Source of the DNA: an uncultured Acidobacteriota bacterium
GTDB taxonomy: Bacteria > Acidobacteriota > Thermoanaerobaculia > UBA5066 > DATFVB01
Direction of reading: 5' to 3'
Length of the DNA stretch: 64,000 nucleotides
Assembly: GCA_963813155.1 (NCBI GenBank)
Contig: CAWEYG010000003.1
Coordinates: 769,866 to 833,865 of the forward strand
The stretch's first letter is position 1; the number at the start of each line of letters is the position of its first letter. The notes under the pieces are model-generated. The model saw only the letters and a program-made list of their open reading frames with translations, was not told the DNA's origin and ran no database searches. This document shows, piece by piece, positions 39,977 to 49,835 of this stretch. The translations under genes and the position numbers were made by a program.

Positions 39977-40034
39977 CCCCTGCGTACAGATCCGTAAGCT
40001 TGCAATCGCCTCTCGCAAAATTCTACGCGAGAGG
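39977..40034 (-). promoter_or_regulatory. Conserved 58-nt leader element, copy 2
   Basis: CCTCTCGC (40009-40016) / GCGAGAGG (40027-40034), loop TAGAAT in gene sense; ends GGGG 6 nt before the GTG of paralog B. Confidence 0.5.
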
Positions 40035-40070
40035 ACTCCAGATCGACGGTGTAGGCGATCATCGGCGGCG

Positions 40071-41435
40071 CTACTTTCCCGGACCCGCGCCCGGCGAGGG
40101 CTCCGCGACCGCTTGCTCCCGGAACATCGCCAGCCGGTATTTCCGGAGAACCAGAAGGCCTTTGCGAACCTGTTCGGGGCGGGGATAGATGGACTGCCGG
40201 ATCTGGGCGTCGGTCGCCGTGCCCGCCGTCAGGTCCGCGGCGTTTCGCCTCCGCGTGACCGTGTATCCCCGCAGAACCGGAAGCCAGCGAGCGGAGGCAA
40301 CCACGGAGACAGCCAGCGACAGGCTTGCCGCGAGTCCAACGGCAAGCAAGCGAACCGAAGGGCGTCGCAGGCCCCGATCCAACAGCATCGAAAAGAGCAC
40401 CAGAGTCGCTGCGCCGAGCAAGGACGTCGAGGCGGCATAGTGGGCGGCCAGCGCCTGTTTCGGGGGTGCAGTCGACCTCGCCATCGCGATCAAACCGGCA
40501 GAGCCGAGCGCGAGGAGGCCGAGCGAGAGCCAGCGCCCGAGCGAGTCGCGGCGGAGGTCTCGGCCGCGAAGGGCCCAGGCCGCGCAGCAGCTGAAAATCA
40601 GGACGGCGCCGAGACCGGCGGCCGCCGCGAGCTGCAACGACGGGTTGGGAATGGGGACGTAGGGCCGACCCAGCACGGCGAAGAAGAACGGGACGACGGT
40701 CTTCCGGTTGACGTACAGGTGCGCGGTTCGAGAAGCGACCCGCGCCAGCAGCAGTGAGCCGAGTCCGACGGCGCTCCAGGCGGCGAGCCGGACGGCGCGG
40801 CGCCCCCCGGCAATCGCGATCGCGAACAGACCGGCGACCCAAATCGCGTTTCCCCCGCCGAAAGAAAACGACGCCACGAGCGCCGACAGGAGCGCCAGCC
40901 AGAACAGATTTCTCGAGGGATCTCGCCGGGTGAGGAGAAAGACCGCGAGAACCGACGCCAGGATCGAGAGGTTCTGGGTAAGCGAATACCCCGACAGAAA
41001 ATTTTCGAACTGCACGATGGAAAATACGTAGGCCGACAACGGCGCGGCCAGGACCAACAGCCGCGAGTCCGTTTCGCGGAGCATCGCGATCAGAGCCGCC
41101 ACGGTCCCCGCGCACACGGCATAGCTCGCGAGGACCTCGACCTTTACGTTCCAGTGCGTGAGGAGGCCCAGGAAAAAGAAGATCATCCGGGGCAGGACGT
41201 TGAAATGGCCGTTGTACGGCTTCAGAAGGAGCGGAAGGACGGGGCGGTGCTCATAATGCGCGGCAAACACCCCGATTTCGCTCCACTGGTCCCAGCTGGG
41301 GATCCCCAGGGTCATGGGAAAGAGGAGAGCGAACTGGATCAGGGGGATCGCCGCGGCGACGAGAAGCGAGACGCCCGAGGCACGCGCCCAGGCGGGGCCG
41401 GAATTCTGGTCCTGGGACTCGGGGTTCGGCGGCAT
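40071..41435 (-). CDS. Polytopic membrane protein, tandem paralog C
   Basis: ATG at 41435 (MPPNPESQDQ...); ~100-nt stretch with 3 mismatches to paralog A (40875-40976 vs 38109-38220). Confidence 0.65.
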   Translation of the reverse strand: MPPNPESQDQNSGPAWARASGVSLLVAAAIPLIQFALLFPMTLGIPSWDQWSEIGVFAAHYEHRPVLPLLLKPYNGHFNVLPRMIFFFLGLLTHWNVKVEVLASYAVCAGTVAALIAMLRETDSRLLVLAAPLSAYVFSIVQFENFLSGYSLTQNLSILASVLAVFLLTRRDPSRNLFWLALLSALVASFSFGGGNAIWVAGLFAIAIAGGRRAVRLAAWSAVGLGSLLLARVASRTAHLYVNRKTVVPFFFAVLGRPYVPIPNPSLQLAAAAGLGAVLIFSCCAAWALRGRDLRRDSLGRWLSLGLLALGSAGLIAMARSTAPPKQALAAHYAASTSLLGAATLVLFSMLLDRGLRRPSVRLLAVGLAASLSLAVSVVASARWLPVLRGYTVTRRRNAADLTAGTATDAQIRQSIYPRPEQVRKGLLVLRKYRLAMFREQAVAEPSPGAGPGK

Positions 41436-41493
41436 CTTGAAGACTTCAGCCCTATTCTGACATCGATCCGAGATGCGGTAGAGTCGGTTCGCT

Positions 41494-42069
41494 ATGAAAA
41501 AAGCTGCGACACCACCCGCCCTTCTCCTGTTGCTTTCCGTGGTCGTAACGATCTTTTCCCTATCCTGCAGCCGCGAGCCGGCGTCGACGCCCGGGGAGGC
41601 GTCCTCATCCGCCTCGACCTCCCCTCCGGCTCCCACGGGGCCGCCTGCTGTCCCCGACGGGCTGACGTCCCTGTCGGAAACGGCCTTCCGAGTCGAGTGG
41701 GGCAACCCAAAACTTTCGCCCGCGCTCCGCGCCGGTCAGTCTTCGAGCGTGACCGTTCTCGTCAAAAACACGGGCGATGAGCAGTGGCCGAGCAAGGGAT
41801 CGCTTGACCCGAGCTGGGCCGGCGCGGGCGCGGTTCGTCTGAGCTACCGTTGGCTGAAACCCTCGTCTGACCCCCTCACCTCATTCACGGACCGAGTCGA
41901 TCTTCCCAAGGCTTTGGGACCGGGAGAATCGGCCGAATTGGTCGTTCCCGTGAAGACCCCAGGGGAGCCCGGCGACTACAAACTCCAGTTCGATCTGGTT
42001 CAGGAGTCCGTGGCGTGGTTCAGCGACAAGGGAGCAGCCAAGCTCGCCGTGCCCGTCAAAATTCAGTGA
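41494..42069 (+). CDS. Secreted/lipoprotein with FDLVQExVAWF domain (family member 1)
   Basis: Signal peptide with Cys, Pro/Ser linker, then FRVEWG...VRLSYRW...GDYKLQFDLVQESVAWFSDKGAAKL. Confidence 0.6.
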   Translation: MKKAATPPALLLLLSVVVTIFSLSCSREPASTPGEASSSASTSPPAPTGPPAVPDGLTSLSETAFRVEWGNPKLSPALRAGQSSSVTVLVKNTGDEQWPSKGSLDPSWAGAGAVRLSYRWLKPSSDPLTSFTDRVDLPKALGPGESAELVVPVKTPGEPGDYKLQFDLVQESVAWFSDKGAAKLAVPVKIQ

Positions 42070-43826
42070 GGACCTGAAGGCCGCGCCGCCAGATCCGACG
42101 CCGCACCGACAACGCGGATTCCGGCCTCGTCGGGCACGAGCCGGCCGATTTCGATGTCGCGCCGCCTCCCGTACAGGCACCGCAGTCGGACGCGGAGATC
42201 GTGAACGCCTGACGCGGGCAGGACAGACAACGGCACCCGGATCCGCCAACCCGCGTGCCGAAACGCCTGGTCGCGGTAGCTCGCGGCAACGTCGGGTCGC
42301 GGAAGCCCGAGCTCCGCGGAGGCGACGGGGTGGCCGTCCAAGACGAGATCGAGCCGCTCCACGGGCACACCGGAACGGGGAGAGTCCGCCGCCCATCCGC
42401 GGATGTCGACCACCGTGCCAGTGCGGAGAATCACCGTTCGCCCGCGGAAGGCGAGACCGTTGATGACATCCACGCTTCCGATTGGCGGAATACTCGACGG
42501 CCTGTTTCGGTAGGCCGCGAGCCCGTATTCCCGGAGTACGCCCAGGGCATCGCGCACTGCCTGCGGCCTCGGGTAGAGCGAGCTGCGGATCTGCGCATCC
42601 GTGGCGGTACCGTTGAGGAGGTCAGCGACGTTCCGGTCGTTGATCTGGGAAAAACGACGAACGACCGGGAGCCAGCCCGCGGAGAGTTTCACGACCTGCA
42701 CCGTCGCGAGAGATCCGATCACGACGATTGCCACAAGCCGATGCCCGGAGCTCGTCGCCGTCCGCTGCGGCTCGCAGTCGATCGACGCGACGATCAGCAT
42801 GAACGCGGCGATTCCCAGCGGCGTCGTCGACGTGCAGTAGTGAGAAGCGAGCGCCTGATCGAGGCCCGCGCTGGCGCGCGCAAGGGCAATCAAGGCTGCC
42901 GACCCGATCGCAAGCAGCCCGACGCAGCTCCACCTCCGAAGAGAGTTTCGGTCCATGCCCCCTCGACGCCAGGCGAATGCCAGTGCCAGAACAAACGCCG
43001 CGCACACGGCGAAACCGATTTCTCCTAACGCCCGAAGCGAAGAGTGCGGCGAGAGAGCGAACGGCCGGCCGAGAAGGACGAGGAAAAAAGGAACCACTCT
43101 CGCCCAATTGACGCGGAGCGTGGCGACGCTGGCGGCGTGCTTGGCGAGAATCAGGCCGCCGACGCCCGCAAGGCTCCACACCGACAGGCGGAGACGCCGG
43201 CGCGTGGGATCCGTGGCGATCGCGACCAGCCCCACGATCCAGAGCGAGTTTGCGGCCGAAAAGGACAGCGACGCAAGGACCGCCGCGATCACCGCGGGCA
43301 CGAACCGATTCGCCCGGCCGTCTCGCCGAGTGAGAAAGAAAATCGACAGGACAGAGGCCAAAAGAGATAGGTTCTGCATCAGAGGATAGCCCGAGAAGAA
43401 GTTCTCGAATTGCGAGAGGGAGAACACGTAGGCCGACAGGGCCGCGGCGACGACGAGCAGGCGGGGACTCGTTTCTTTCGCCATCCAGATCAGCAACGCG
43501 AGGACCCCGACGCAGACGACGTAGCTGGCGACGACCTCCGCGCGGACGTTCCAGCGCGTCAGCAGTCCCAGACAGTAGAAAATGAGCTTCGGAAACACGT
43601 TGAAGTGCCCGTTGTAAGGACGGAGCAGGAACGGCAGAACCGGCTTGTGGGTGTAGTGCCGCAGCCAGAGCTCGACCTGGCTCCACTGGTCCCAGATGGG
43701 CATGTCGCTCGTGAGTGGAAAGATCAAAGAAAACTGGAGAATGGGAATTGCCGCCGCGATGCAGAACGACGCGACGTTCGCGATCGACCATGCCCGCGAG
43801 TCCCGGTCGATGGTGTCGATTTTCAA
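42063..43826 (-). CDS. Polytopic membrane protein, tandem paralog D, with ~150-aa C-terminal Ig-like extension
   Basis: Same N-terminal family motifs as A-C; extra C-terminal soluble domain resembling the C-terminus of 63456-63986. Confidence 0.65.
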   Translation of the reverse strand: MKIDTIDRDSRAWSIANVASFCIAAAIPILQFSLIFPLTSDMPIWDQWSQVELWLRHYTHKPVLPFLLRPYNGHFNVFPKLIFYCLGLLTRWNVRAEVVASYVVCVGVLALLIWMAKETSPRLLVVAAALSAYVFSLSQFENFFSGYPLMQNLSLLASVLSIFFLTRRDGRANRFVPAVIAAVLASLSFSAANSLWIVGLVAIATDPTRRRLRLSVWSLAGVGGLILAKHAASVATLRVNWARVVPFFLVLLGRPFALSPHSSLRALGEIGFAVCAAFVLALAFAWRRGGMDRNSLRRWSCVGLLAIGSAALIALARASAGLDQALASHYCTSTTPLGIAAFMLIVASIDCEPQRTATSSGHRLVAIVVIGSLATVQVVKLSAGWLPVVRRFSQINDRNVADLLNGTATDAQIRSSLYPRPQAVRDALGVLREYGLAAYRNRPSSIPPIGSVDVINGLAFRGRTVILRTGTVVDIRGWAADSPRSGVPVERLDLVLDGHPVASAELGLPRPDVAASYRDQAFRHAGWRIRVPLSVLPASGVHDLRVRLRCLYGRRRDIEIGRLVPDEAGIRVVGAASDLAARPSGPH

Positions 43827-43931
43827 GTCTCCAACGCTCGATTCCAGCCTACACGAAACCTCACCTGCAGGGCTAGCCCGGGAGGATATCGAGTTGAGCT
43901 TCGCATCGGTCGCCCGTACACTCTCGGCAAG

Positions 43932-46343
43932 GTGTACGAAAATGGCGAACTGCGCGTCTCGTTTCGGGAGGGTCTCGCGGTGGCACTGCTCTATCTTGTC
44001 GCTCTCGGGTGCGCCTATCCAAACGTTCTATTCAAGGGGAAATCGCTCGTCTACACGGACAATCGCAATCCGGCCGACGAGCGACTGATTGCGCAGAATT
44101 ATGGAGAGAAATTCGTTCCCGCTGAGGTCTGGGCCGACAAGAACTACAACCGTTATCCGAATCTGCACGATCCCGGAGCCACTTGGTGGCAATGGGAACC
44201 CGCCGCCGAGTTTCTGAGAACCGGTCTCGAGAAGAGAGAGCTTCCTTTCTGGGACCCCTACGTCGCCGGCGGAACGCCGGCGATGACGAACGTCATCTCT
44301 GCGCTTGCTTTTCCGCCGTACGTCGCCGTGGTTCTCGCCGGAAACACGGCCTTCCTTCGAAACGCCTACTACCTTTTTCTGCTGTTCGCCGCCGCTCTCT
44401 TTACCTACCTCTTCCTGCGCAAGCACGGCCTGCTGCGGGAGGCGTGCTTCCTCGGGGGCGTCGTCTTTCTCTTCTGCGGTGGCCTCATTCAGAACGCGGG
44501 ATCGTTTATCGGTCAGGCGGCGGCATGCGTTCCGTTCGTTCTCTATCTCGTTCGCCGATTCCTGGACCGCCCCGAGGCGAGACGACTCGTCGTTCTCGCG
44601 TTCGGGATGGCGCTGGTGTCGCTCGCCAGCTTTCCGCCGCTCCTGGTAGGAACGTTCGGAACCGTCGCAATCTACGCGGTTTCGATGATCCTCTCGGCCG
44701 ACCGGCCCTCGCAGCCGGCCGGCGGGCGGGCGCGACTGATCGCGTTATTTGCAGCCGCCTGCGGGCTCGCGTTCGGGCTCGTCGGGTTTTACTTCGTTCC
44801 GTTCGTGGCCCTCGTCCGGGCTACCCCCTACGTATCCGCGCTGTACAAGGGGGCAGCGTTGCTCTCGATGCCGTTCGTCACGATCTATGACCTGCTTTCC
44901 CCGGTCGCGCTGGGCGGCCGGAAAGTCTTCGCTCAGGCCCCCTTCCGAAGCCCCAGTCATTTCAGCCTCTTTTACCTCGGGGTCGCGCCGATCGCACTGG
45001 CGGCGCTCGCCGGCCCCGTACAGCCGAAAAAGGCGAAAGCCCTGTTTTGGATCTTCTTTTCGAGCACAGCTCTCCTGAGCCTCAAGCTTTTCGGGGTACA
45101 GCCTGTTCAGTCGCTCGGACGGTTACCGATTCTGAAGAACGTGCACATGGCACAATACTTCGGTATCTACCTCGACTTTTTTATCGCCGTTTTGGCCGCG
45201 ATCGGTCTCGAGCGGCTCGCCTCGGGACGGCCGGCGCGAGCGCGAGCGGCGTTCGCGTCATTGCTCGTCGCTCTGCTGCTCGGCGGCGCTCACCACGTCG
45301 CGATCGCGGGGGGACTCCGAAAATCCGGCCTCGAGAGCTTCTGGCTTCGCTCTTGGGCGTTCCTCGTCGGCACCGCCATCCTGATCCTCGCGTCGATTCT
45401 TCTCGCGTCCATCCTGTCGATAGGGCGCGCGAAGACCGTCGTCGTGGCCGCTTGCATCGCGCTTTGCATGGCCGAGGGAGCCTTCAACGCTTATTATCCT
45501 CGCCAATACACTTGGAACGTGTGGCGCCACCCCGTTCCATATGTCCAGGAGCTCCAGCGCGAAGCCGCCCACGACCGAGTGCTCGGCCTCGGGGCGTTGG
45601 AAGCGAACCTCGGGTCGGCGTACGAGGTCTTCGAGATCGATTCCCTGATGGCGTTCAATCCGGAAAGGATCTACGATTTTTACCATCGCTATTTCAGTCG
45701 CTCCAAAGAGATTTTTCTTCGGTCGACAAGACGCCTTCCGGAAGAGGGGCCGCTTGATCGCGCCGACCTGAGGTACCTCATCGTCGCCGAAGGGATTCCG
45801 AGCGCGGTCCGGGAAGCGAGCCGGCGCGGCTACGAGTCGATTTTTGCTGACGGAACCGTGCGGATTTTCCGCCGAGCGTCCTCGCCGCGGTACTACTTTA
45901 CAAGCGACTATCAGCTCGCCACGCCGGCGAGAGCGCTCGATCTGGCTGGATCGCTGCCGCCCGGCAGGGGAATCGCGATCGAGGAGCAACCGGAATTCAG
46001 TTCACAGCCCAACGCCGGCGACGATCCTGCCATCCAGGTGCTCGATTTTCATCGAAATTCGTTGACTCTCGGCCTCTTTGCTCCCCGGCCGGGGCTCGTC
46101 TATTGTGCCGAGAGCTATTTCGACGGATGGTCCGCAACTGTGAACGGTCGACCGACAAAGATTCTGCCAGCCAATTACGCCTTCCGCGCCGTCGAGGTCC
46201 CGGCGGGAACAGTTCGCGTCCACCTTTCGTACTGGCCTCCCGGTCTCATGGCAGGTCTCGCACTCACGGCGGGGAGTCTTCTCTTCACGGTAGCGCTGTC
46301 AGCGGGCTTCGTCCTTCGGCGGCGAGAAGGAGGGCCGCTGTAA
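43932..46343 (+). CDS. YfhO-family membrane protein (GT-C-like, wall polymer glycosylation)
   Basis: GTG at 43932 gives an N-terminus co-linear with the paralog at 54417; C-terminal YFDGWSATVNGRPTKILPANYAFRAVEVPAGTVRVHLSYWPPG is YfhO-typical. Confidence 0.7.
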   Translation: MYENGELRVSFREGLAVALLYLVALGCAYPNVLFKGKSLVYTDNRNPADERLIAQNYGEKFVPAEVWADKNYNRYPNLHDPGATWWQWEPAAEFLRTGLEKRELPFWDPYVAGGTPAMTNVISALAFPPYVAVVLAGNTAFLRNAYYLFLLFAAALFTYLFLRKHGLLREACFLGGVVFLFCGGLIQNAGSFIGQAAACVPFVLYLVRRFLDRPEARRLVVLAFGMALVSLASFPPLLVGTFGTVAIYAVSMILSADRPSQPAGGRARLIALFAAACGLAFGLVGFYFVPFVALVRATPYVSALYKGAALLSMPFVTIYDLLSPVALGGRKVFAQAPFRSPSHFSLFYLGVAPIALAALAGPVQPKKAKALFWIFFSSTALLSLKLFGVQPVQSLGRLPILKNVHMAQYFGIYLDFFIAVLAAIGLERLASGRPARARAAFASLLVALLLGGAHHVAIAGGLRKSGLESFWLRSWAFLVGTAILILASILLASILSIGRAKTVVVAACIALCMAEGAFNAYYPRQYTWNVWRHPVPYVQELQREAAHDRVLGLGALEANLGSAYEVFEIDSLMAFNPERIYDFYHRYFSRSKEIFLRSTRRLPEEGPLDRADLRYLIVAEGIPSAVREASRRGYESIFADGTVRIFRRASSPRYYFTSDYQLATPARALDLAGSLPPGRGIAIEEQPEFSSQPNAGDDPAIQVLDFHRNSLTLGLFAPRPGLVYCAESYFDGWSATVNGRPTKILPANYAFRAVEVPAGTVRVHLSYWPPGLMAGLALTAGSLLFTVALSAGFVLRRREGGPL

Positions 46344-47108
46344 CCCTTCTGCCACCGGGAGTGCTGCCGCCGTTCGCTGGTGCCGGTGGTAATCGCCGCG
46401 GGAGAGCAGCTTCTCAAGGAAGATGTACAAAACGATAAAGAGATAACGGCTGCCCATCTCCTTGATCTTGAGCTTCGAGACGCCGGTCGTCCGGTTGTAC
46501 CAGTTGATTGGAAGGACGGCGTACGTGTAGCCACGGACAATCGCTTTCAACGGCAGCTCGATCGTCAGGTTGAAATGCCGTGACAGAATCGGGCTCACGC
46601 CCCCGATGACCTCGCGCCGATAGCCCTTGAAAGCGTTCGTGGTGTCATTGAGATCGAGCCGGAACAGGATTTTGATGAACCAGTTCGCGAGCCGGTTCAA
46701 AGCGAGCTTGAAAACCGGATAATCCACGACCCTGCTTCCCCGCAGGAACCGGGACCCAAAAACGCACTCGAAACCTTCCTCCAGCTTTCGGGCGTACTTG
46801 ACCACGTCGGCCGGGTCATCCGAGGCGTCCGCCATGACGATGCAAACGGCGTCGCCTCGAAACGTTTCGAGCCCCCTGGTCACGGCGTGGCCGAACCCGG
46901 CGGACTTCTCGTTCGACACTCCGCGGACTTCCGGATATTCGCGAGCGAGGTCTGCGACTGTCTCGGCCGTTCGATCGGTGCTGTGATCGTTCACGACGAC
47001 TATCTCGAAAGCGATCTCTGCCGACCTCAAAGCGACGCAAAGCGCCGAAACCGTCGTGCCCAGGCTGCCTTCCTCGTTATGAGCGGGAATGACCACCGAT
47101 ATCAGCAT
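46299..47108 (-). CDS. GT2 polyprenol-phosphate glycosyltransferase with C-terminal membrane helices
   Basis: ISVVIPAHNEE...DADxxD...; ATG at 47108 overlaps the upstream epimerase stop (alternative ATG 47126). Confidence 0.75.
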   Translation of the reverse strand: MLISVVIPAHNEEGSLGTTVSALCVALRSAEIAFEIVVVNDHSTDRTAETVADLAREYPEVRGVSNEKSAGFGHAVTRGLETFRGDAVCIVMADASDDPADVVKYARKLEEGFECVFGSRFLRGSRVVDYPVFKLALNRLANWFIKILFRLDLNDTTNAFKGYRREVIGGVSPILSRHFNLTIELPLKAIVRGYTYAVLPINWYNRTTGVSKLKIKEMGSRYLFIVLYIFLEKLLSRGDYHRHQRTAAALPVAEGLQRPSFSPPKDEAR

Positions 47109-48181
47109 TACGCGCCCGCTGTCCACCTCTCCACGTTCTTCTCGTAGATGTCACGGAGCAGGCTCTCGAGATCGTATCTCTGCTTCCAGTTCGGGAAATG
47201 CACCTGGAATTTTCCGAGGTCGCTGATGTACCAAATGTGATCGCCCAGCCGATTCGCCTCGGAGTACGTCCACTGCAGGGGTCGGTTCGCGATCGATTCA
47301 CAGAGCTCGATCGCTTCGAGCATGGAGCAATTGCTGAAGCGGCCGCCGCCCATGTTGTAGACCTCGCCGGGCCGCGGAGCCCGGAAGTACTCATGGAACG
47401 CCGCAACCAGATCTGCACTGTGGATGTTGTCGCGCACCTGCTTTCCTTTGTATCCGTAGACCGTGTAGGGCTGCCCGGTGCAGACGCACTTCATGAGAAA
47501 AGCCAGAAAGCCATGGAGCGCCGTCCCGGAATGATTCGGCCCCGTAAGACAGCCTCCCCGAAAGCACACCGTCGGCAGGCCGAAATACCGCCCGTACTCT
47601 TGAACGAGCACGTCCGCGGCGACCTTCGACGCTCCGAACACGGAATGGGTCGACGCATCGATGCTCATCGACTCGTCGATCCCGTTCGAGAATTCGTGGC
47701 CCCGCTCGATCTCCCAACGGGTCGACTCTTCGACGAGGGGAAGCAAGTTCGGGCGGTCGCCGTAGACTTTGTTCGTCGAGGTGAAGATGAAGACGGCGCC
47801 GGGACAGAAGCGGCGACACGCTTCGAGTAGGTTGAGAGTCCCGACTGCATTGACGGAAAAATCCGTTTTCGGTTCGCGGGCCGCCCAGTCATGAGAGGGC
47901 TGCGCGGCCGTATGAACGACGAGGCGGACGGCCGAGCCGAGACCCTGGAACAGCCGCTCGATCGACGCCTCGTCGCGAATGTCGATATCCCGGTGGCTGT
48001 ACCGCGCCGGGAACCGGGATCTCAGAAGATCGCGGTTCCAGGCTGTCGAAGCCTCGTCGCCGAAGAAGCGCCGCCGCATGTCGTTGTCGATGCCGACGAC
48101 ATCGAAACCGAGCTCGGCGAAGGAGCTCGCCGTCTCTGAACCCACGAGACCGCAACTGCCCGTCACAACGGCGAGGGACAT
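47108..48181 (-). CDS. NAD-dependent epimerase/dehydratase (CDP/UDP-sugar epimerase-like SDR)
   Basis: TGSCGLVGS Rossmann motif, YxxxK; 357 aa. Confidence 0.85.
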   Translation of the reverse strand: MSLAVVTGSCGLVGSETASSFAELGFDVVGIDNDMRRRFFGDEASTAWNRDLLRSRFPARYSHRDIDIRDEASIERLFQGLGSAVRLVVHTAAQPSHDWAAREPKTDFSVNAVGTLNLLEACRRFCPGAVFIFTSTNKVYGDRPNLLPLVEESTRWEIERGHEFSNGIDESMSIDASTHSVFGASKVAADVLVQEYGRYFGLPTVCFRGGCLTGPNHSGTALHGFLAFLMKCVCTGQPYTVYGYKGKQVRDNIHSADLVAAFHEYFRAPRPGEVYNMGGGRFSNCSMLEAIELCESIANRPLQWTYSEANRLGDHIWYISDLGKFQVHFPNWKQRYDLESLLRDIYEKNVERWTAGA

Positions 48182-48190
48182 TTCAGCCTT

Positions 48191-49267
48191 TCAAGCCCAC
48201 AGTCCGCGAAGCTCGTGCTCCGAAGCACGGATCCATTCGAGCGTGTCGTGAAGAATGTCGCGAGGCGATCTCTTCGGGCGCCAGCCGGTCGCCTCGCGAA
48301 TGCGGTCGGTGTCGGAGACGTACAACTTCACGTCCGCCGGACGATTCGACGGTTCCGACCCGATCGATACTGTATTTCCCGTCAGCTCGCGGCAAAGGGC
48401 CGTGGCTTCGCGGAGCGACAGGCTGCACTCCAGCCCTCCCCCGACGTTGAAAGTCAGCCCCCGGAAGCGTTCCAGTTCCCCGAGCTGGAGACTCAGAAGC
48501 TCGGCGAGATCGTCGATGTGCAAGAGGTCGCGGACCTGTTTCCCCTCTCCACCCCAGCCATGGTACGCGATGGCTTTGCCGAAGTAGTGGCTCGCCACCC
48601 AGAGAGCGAACACGCCCTGCTCGACTTTCCCGAACTGATAGGGGCCGGCGATGACGCCGCAGCGATTGATGATCGCGCGGAGGGAATACATGTCCGCATA
48701 TTCGCCGATCAAGAGTTCCGAAGCGAGCTTCGTAGCCCCGTAAAGAGATCGCGCTCCACCCAGGGGGAAATCTTCACTGATCCCTTTCGGTGATATGCCG
48801 ACGAGTCTCTGGGTTTTCGAAATCTTCAGCCGCGTTTCCGTTTCCTCGGTCTCGATCTCGTTGAGCAGCCGCGTCGGATAAACTCGGCTCGTAGAGAGAA
48901 AGACGAAGGCGGCTTCCCGCTTGCGAGCAAACTCGAGACAGTTCACGGTACCCACCAGATTCGTCCGGAGCACATACTCTGGCGACTCTCCGTGGCCCGC
49001 GAGAACGGACGGCTCCGCTGAGCACTCGAGAACGAGATCGATCTTCGGGAGAGCGGTTTCGAGATCTTCGGGACTTCGAATGTCCGCGTGCAGGAACTCT
49101 ACCCCGCCCGTCCGGAGTCGCGCGAGATTCGTCTCCGACCCCCGGCGCCGAAGATTGTCCGCCGCGATCACGCGAACCTCCGGATGTGCCTGCTTGAGCC
49201 CGACAGCGAGGTTCGAACCGACGAAGCCGGCCCCGCCCGTGACCAGGACTTTTCGAAAGTCGAACAT
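48191..49267 (-). CDS. NAD-dependent epimerase/dehydratase (second SDR)
   Basis: VTGGAGFVGSNL, YGATK; 358 aa. Confidence 0.85.
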   Translation of the reverse strand: MFDFRKVLVTGGAGFVGSNLAVGLKQAHPEVRVIAADNLRRRGSETNLARLRTGGVEFLHADIRSPEDLETALPKIDLVLECSAEPSVLAGHGESPEYVLRTNLVGTVNCLEFARKREAAFVFLSTSRVYPTRLLNEIETEETETRLKISKTQRLVGISPKGISEDFPLGGARSLYGATKLASELLIGEYADMYSLRAIINRCGVIAGPYQFGKVEQGVFALWVASHYFGKAIAYHGWGGEGKQVRDLLHIDDLAELLSLQLGELERFRGLTFNVGGGLECSLSLREATALCRELTGNTVSIGSEPSNRPADVKLYVSDTDRIREATGWRPKRSPRDILHDTLEWIRASEHELRGLWA

Positions 49268-49339
49268 CTTCTATCAGCCGGAGAGTTCCGAACGAGAGAC
49301 TATCAGAGGAAAGAGGCGGCCGGGAGTTAGAATGTCACC

Positions 49340-49810
49340 GTGTCCCGGAGCCTGATCAGTATTTCTCTCGTTGCGTTCGTCCTTTCGTGCGCGCGGTCGC
49401 CCGAGGCAAATTTCCCTCCAGCGCTCTCGGCGCCTTCCGCGGGCCCTTCGCCGGATCTCTACTCGGTCACCTGGCTCGACCATGAGTTTCCCGCCGAGGT
49501 CAAACATGGAACGCAGGTATTGGCGGCCGTGACGTTCAAGAATTCCAGCCCCCGCGTCTGGAACCACTTCGTGAGGTTCAATTACACTTGGAGGCTCGAC
49601 GGTGCTGCCCCCGGCCCCTATGAGCCGAACCGGACGTTCTTCGGGAGGCCGGTCGCTCCCGGAGAAGCGGTTTCTTTGGACCATGTCCTAGTCGACGTCC
49701 CCGCAAAGGCCGGGCTCTACACGCTCGTCTTCGTACTGGTCAACGAGTCGGTCGCCTGGTTTCCCGATCGCGGCGCCAAAGCTCTTTCCATCCCGGTTCG
49801 CGTGAGCTAA
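49340..49810 (+). CDS. Lipoprotein with FDLVQExVAWF-type domain (family member 2, divergent)
   Basis: Lipobox-like FVLSCA; ...LVFVLVNESVAWFPDRGAKALSIPVRVS*. Confidence 0.55.
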   Translation: MSRSLISISLVAFVLSCARSPEANFPPALSAPSAGPSPDLYSVTWLDHEFPAEVKHGTQVLAAVTFKNSSPRVWNHFVRFNYTWRLDGAAPGPYEPNRTFFGRPVAPGEAVSLDHVLVDVPAKAGLYTLVFVLVNESVAWFPDRGAKALSIPVRVS

Positions 49811-49835
49811 TCGCGCATTGGGGCGACGCGAAGCG

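Larger units (their letters stand above)
37341..43826 (-). repeat. Tandem array of four paralogous membrane-protein genes with patches of >95% nucleotide identity
   Basis: Repeated nucleotide blocks, e.g. cacgttccagtgcgtgag...gttgtagtgaccgttgtacggcttcagga, in A, B and C; direct repeats of ~1.35 kb. Confidence 0.8.
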
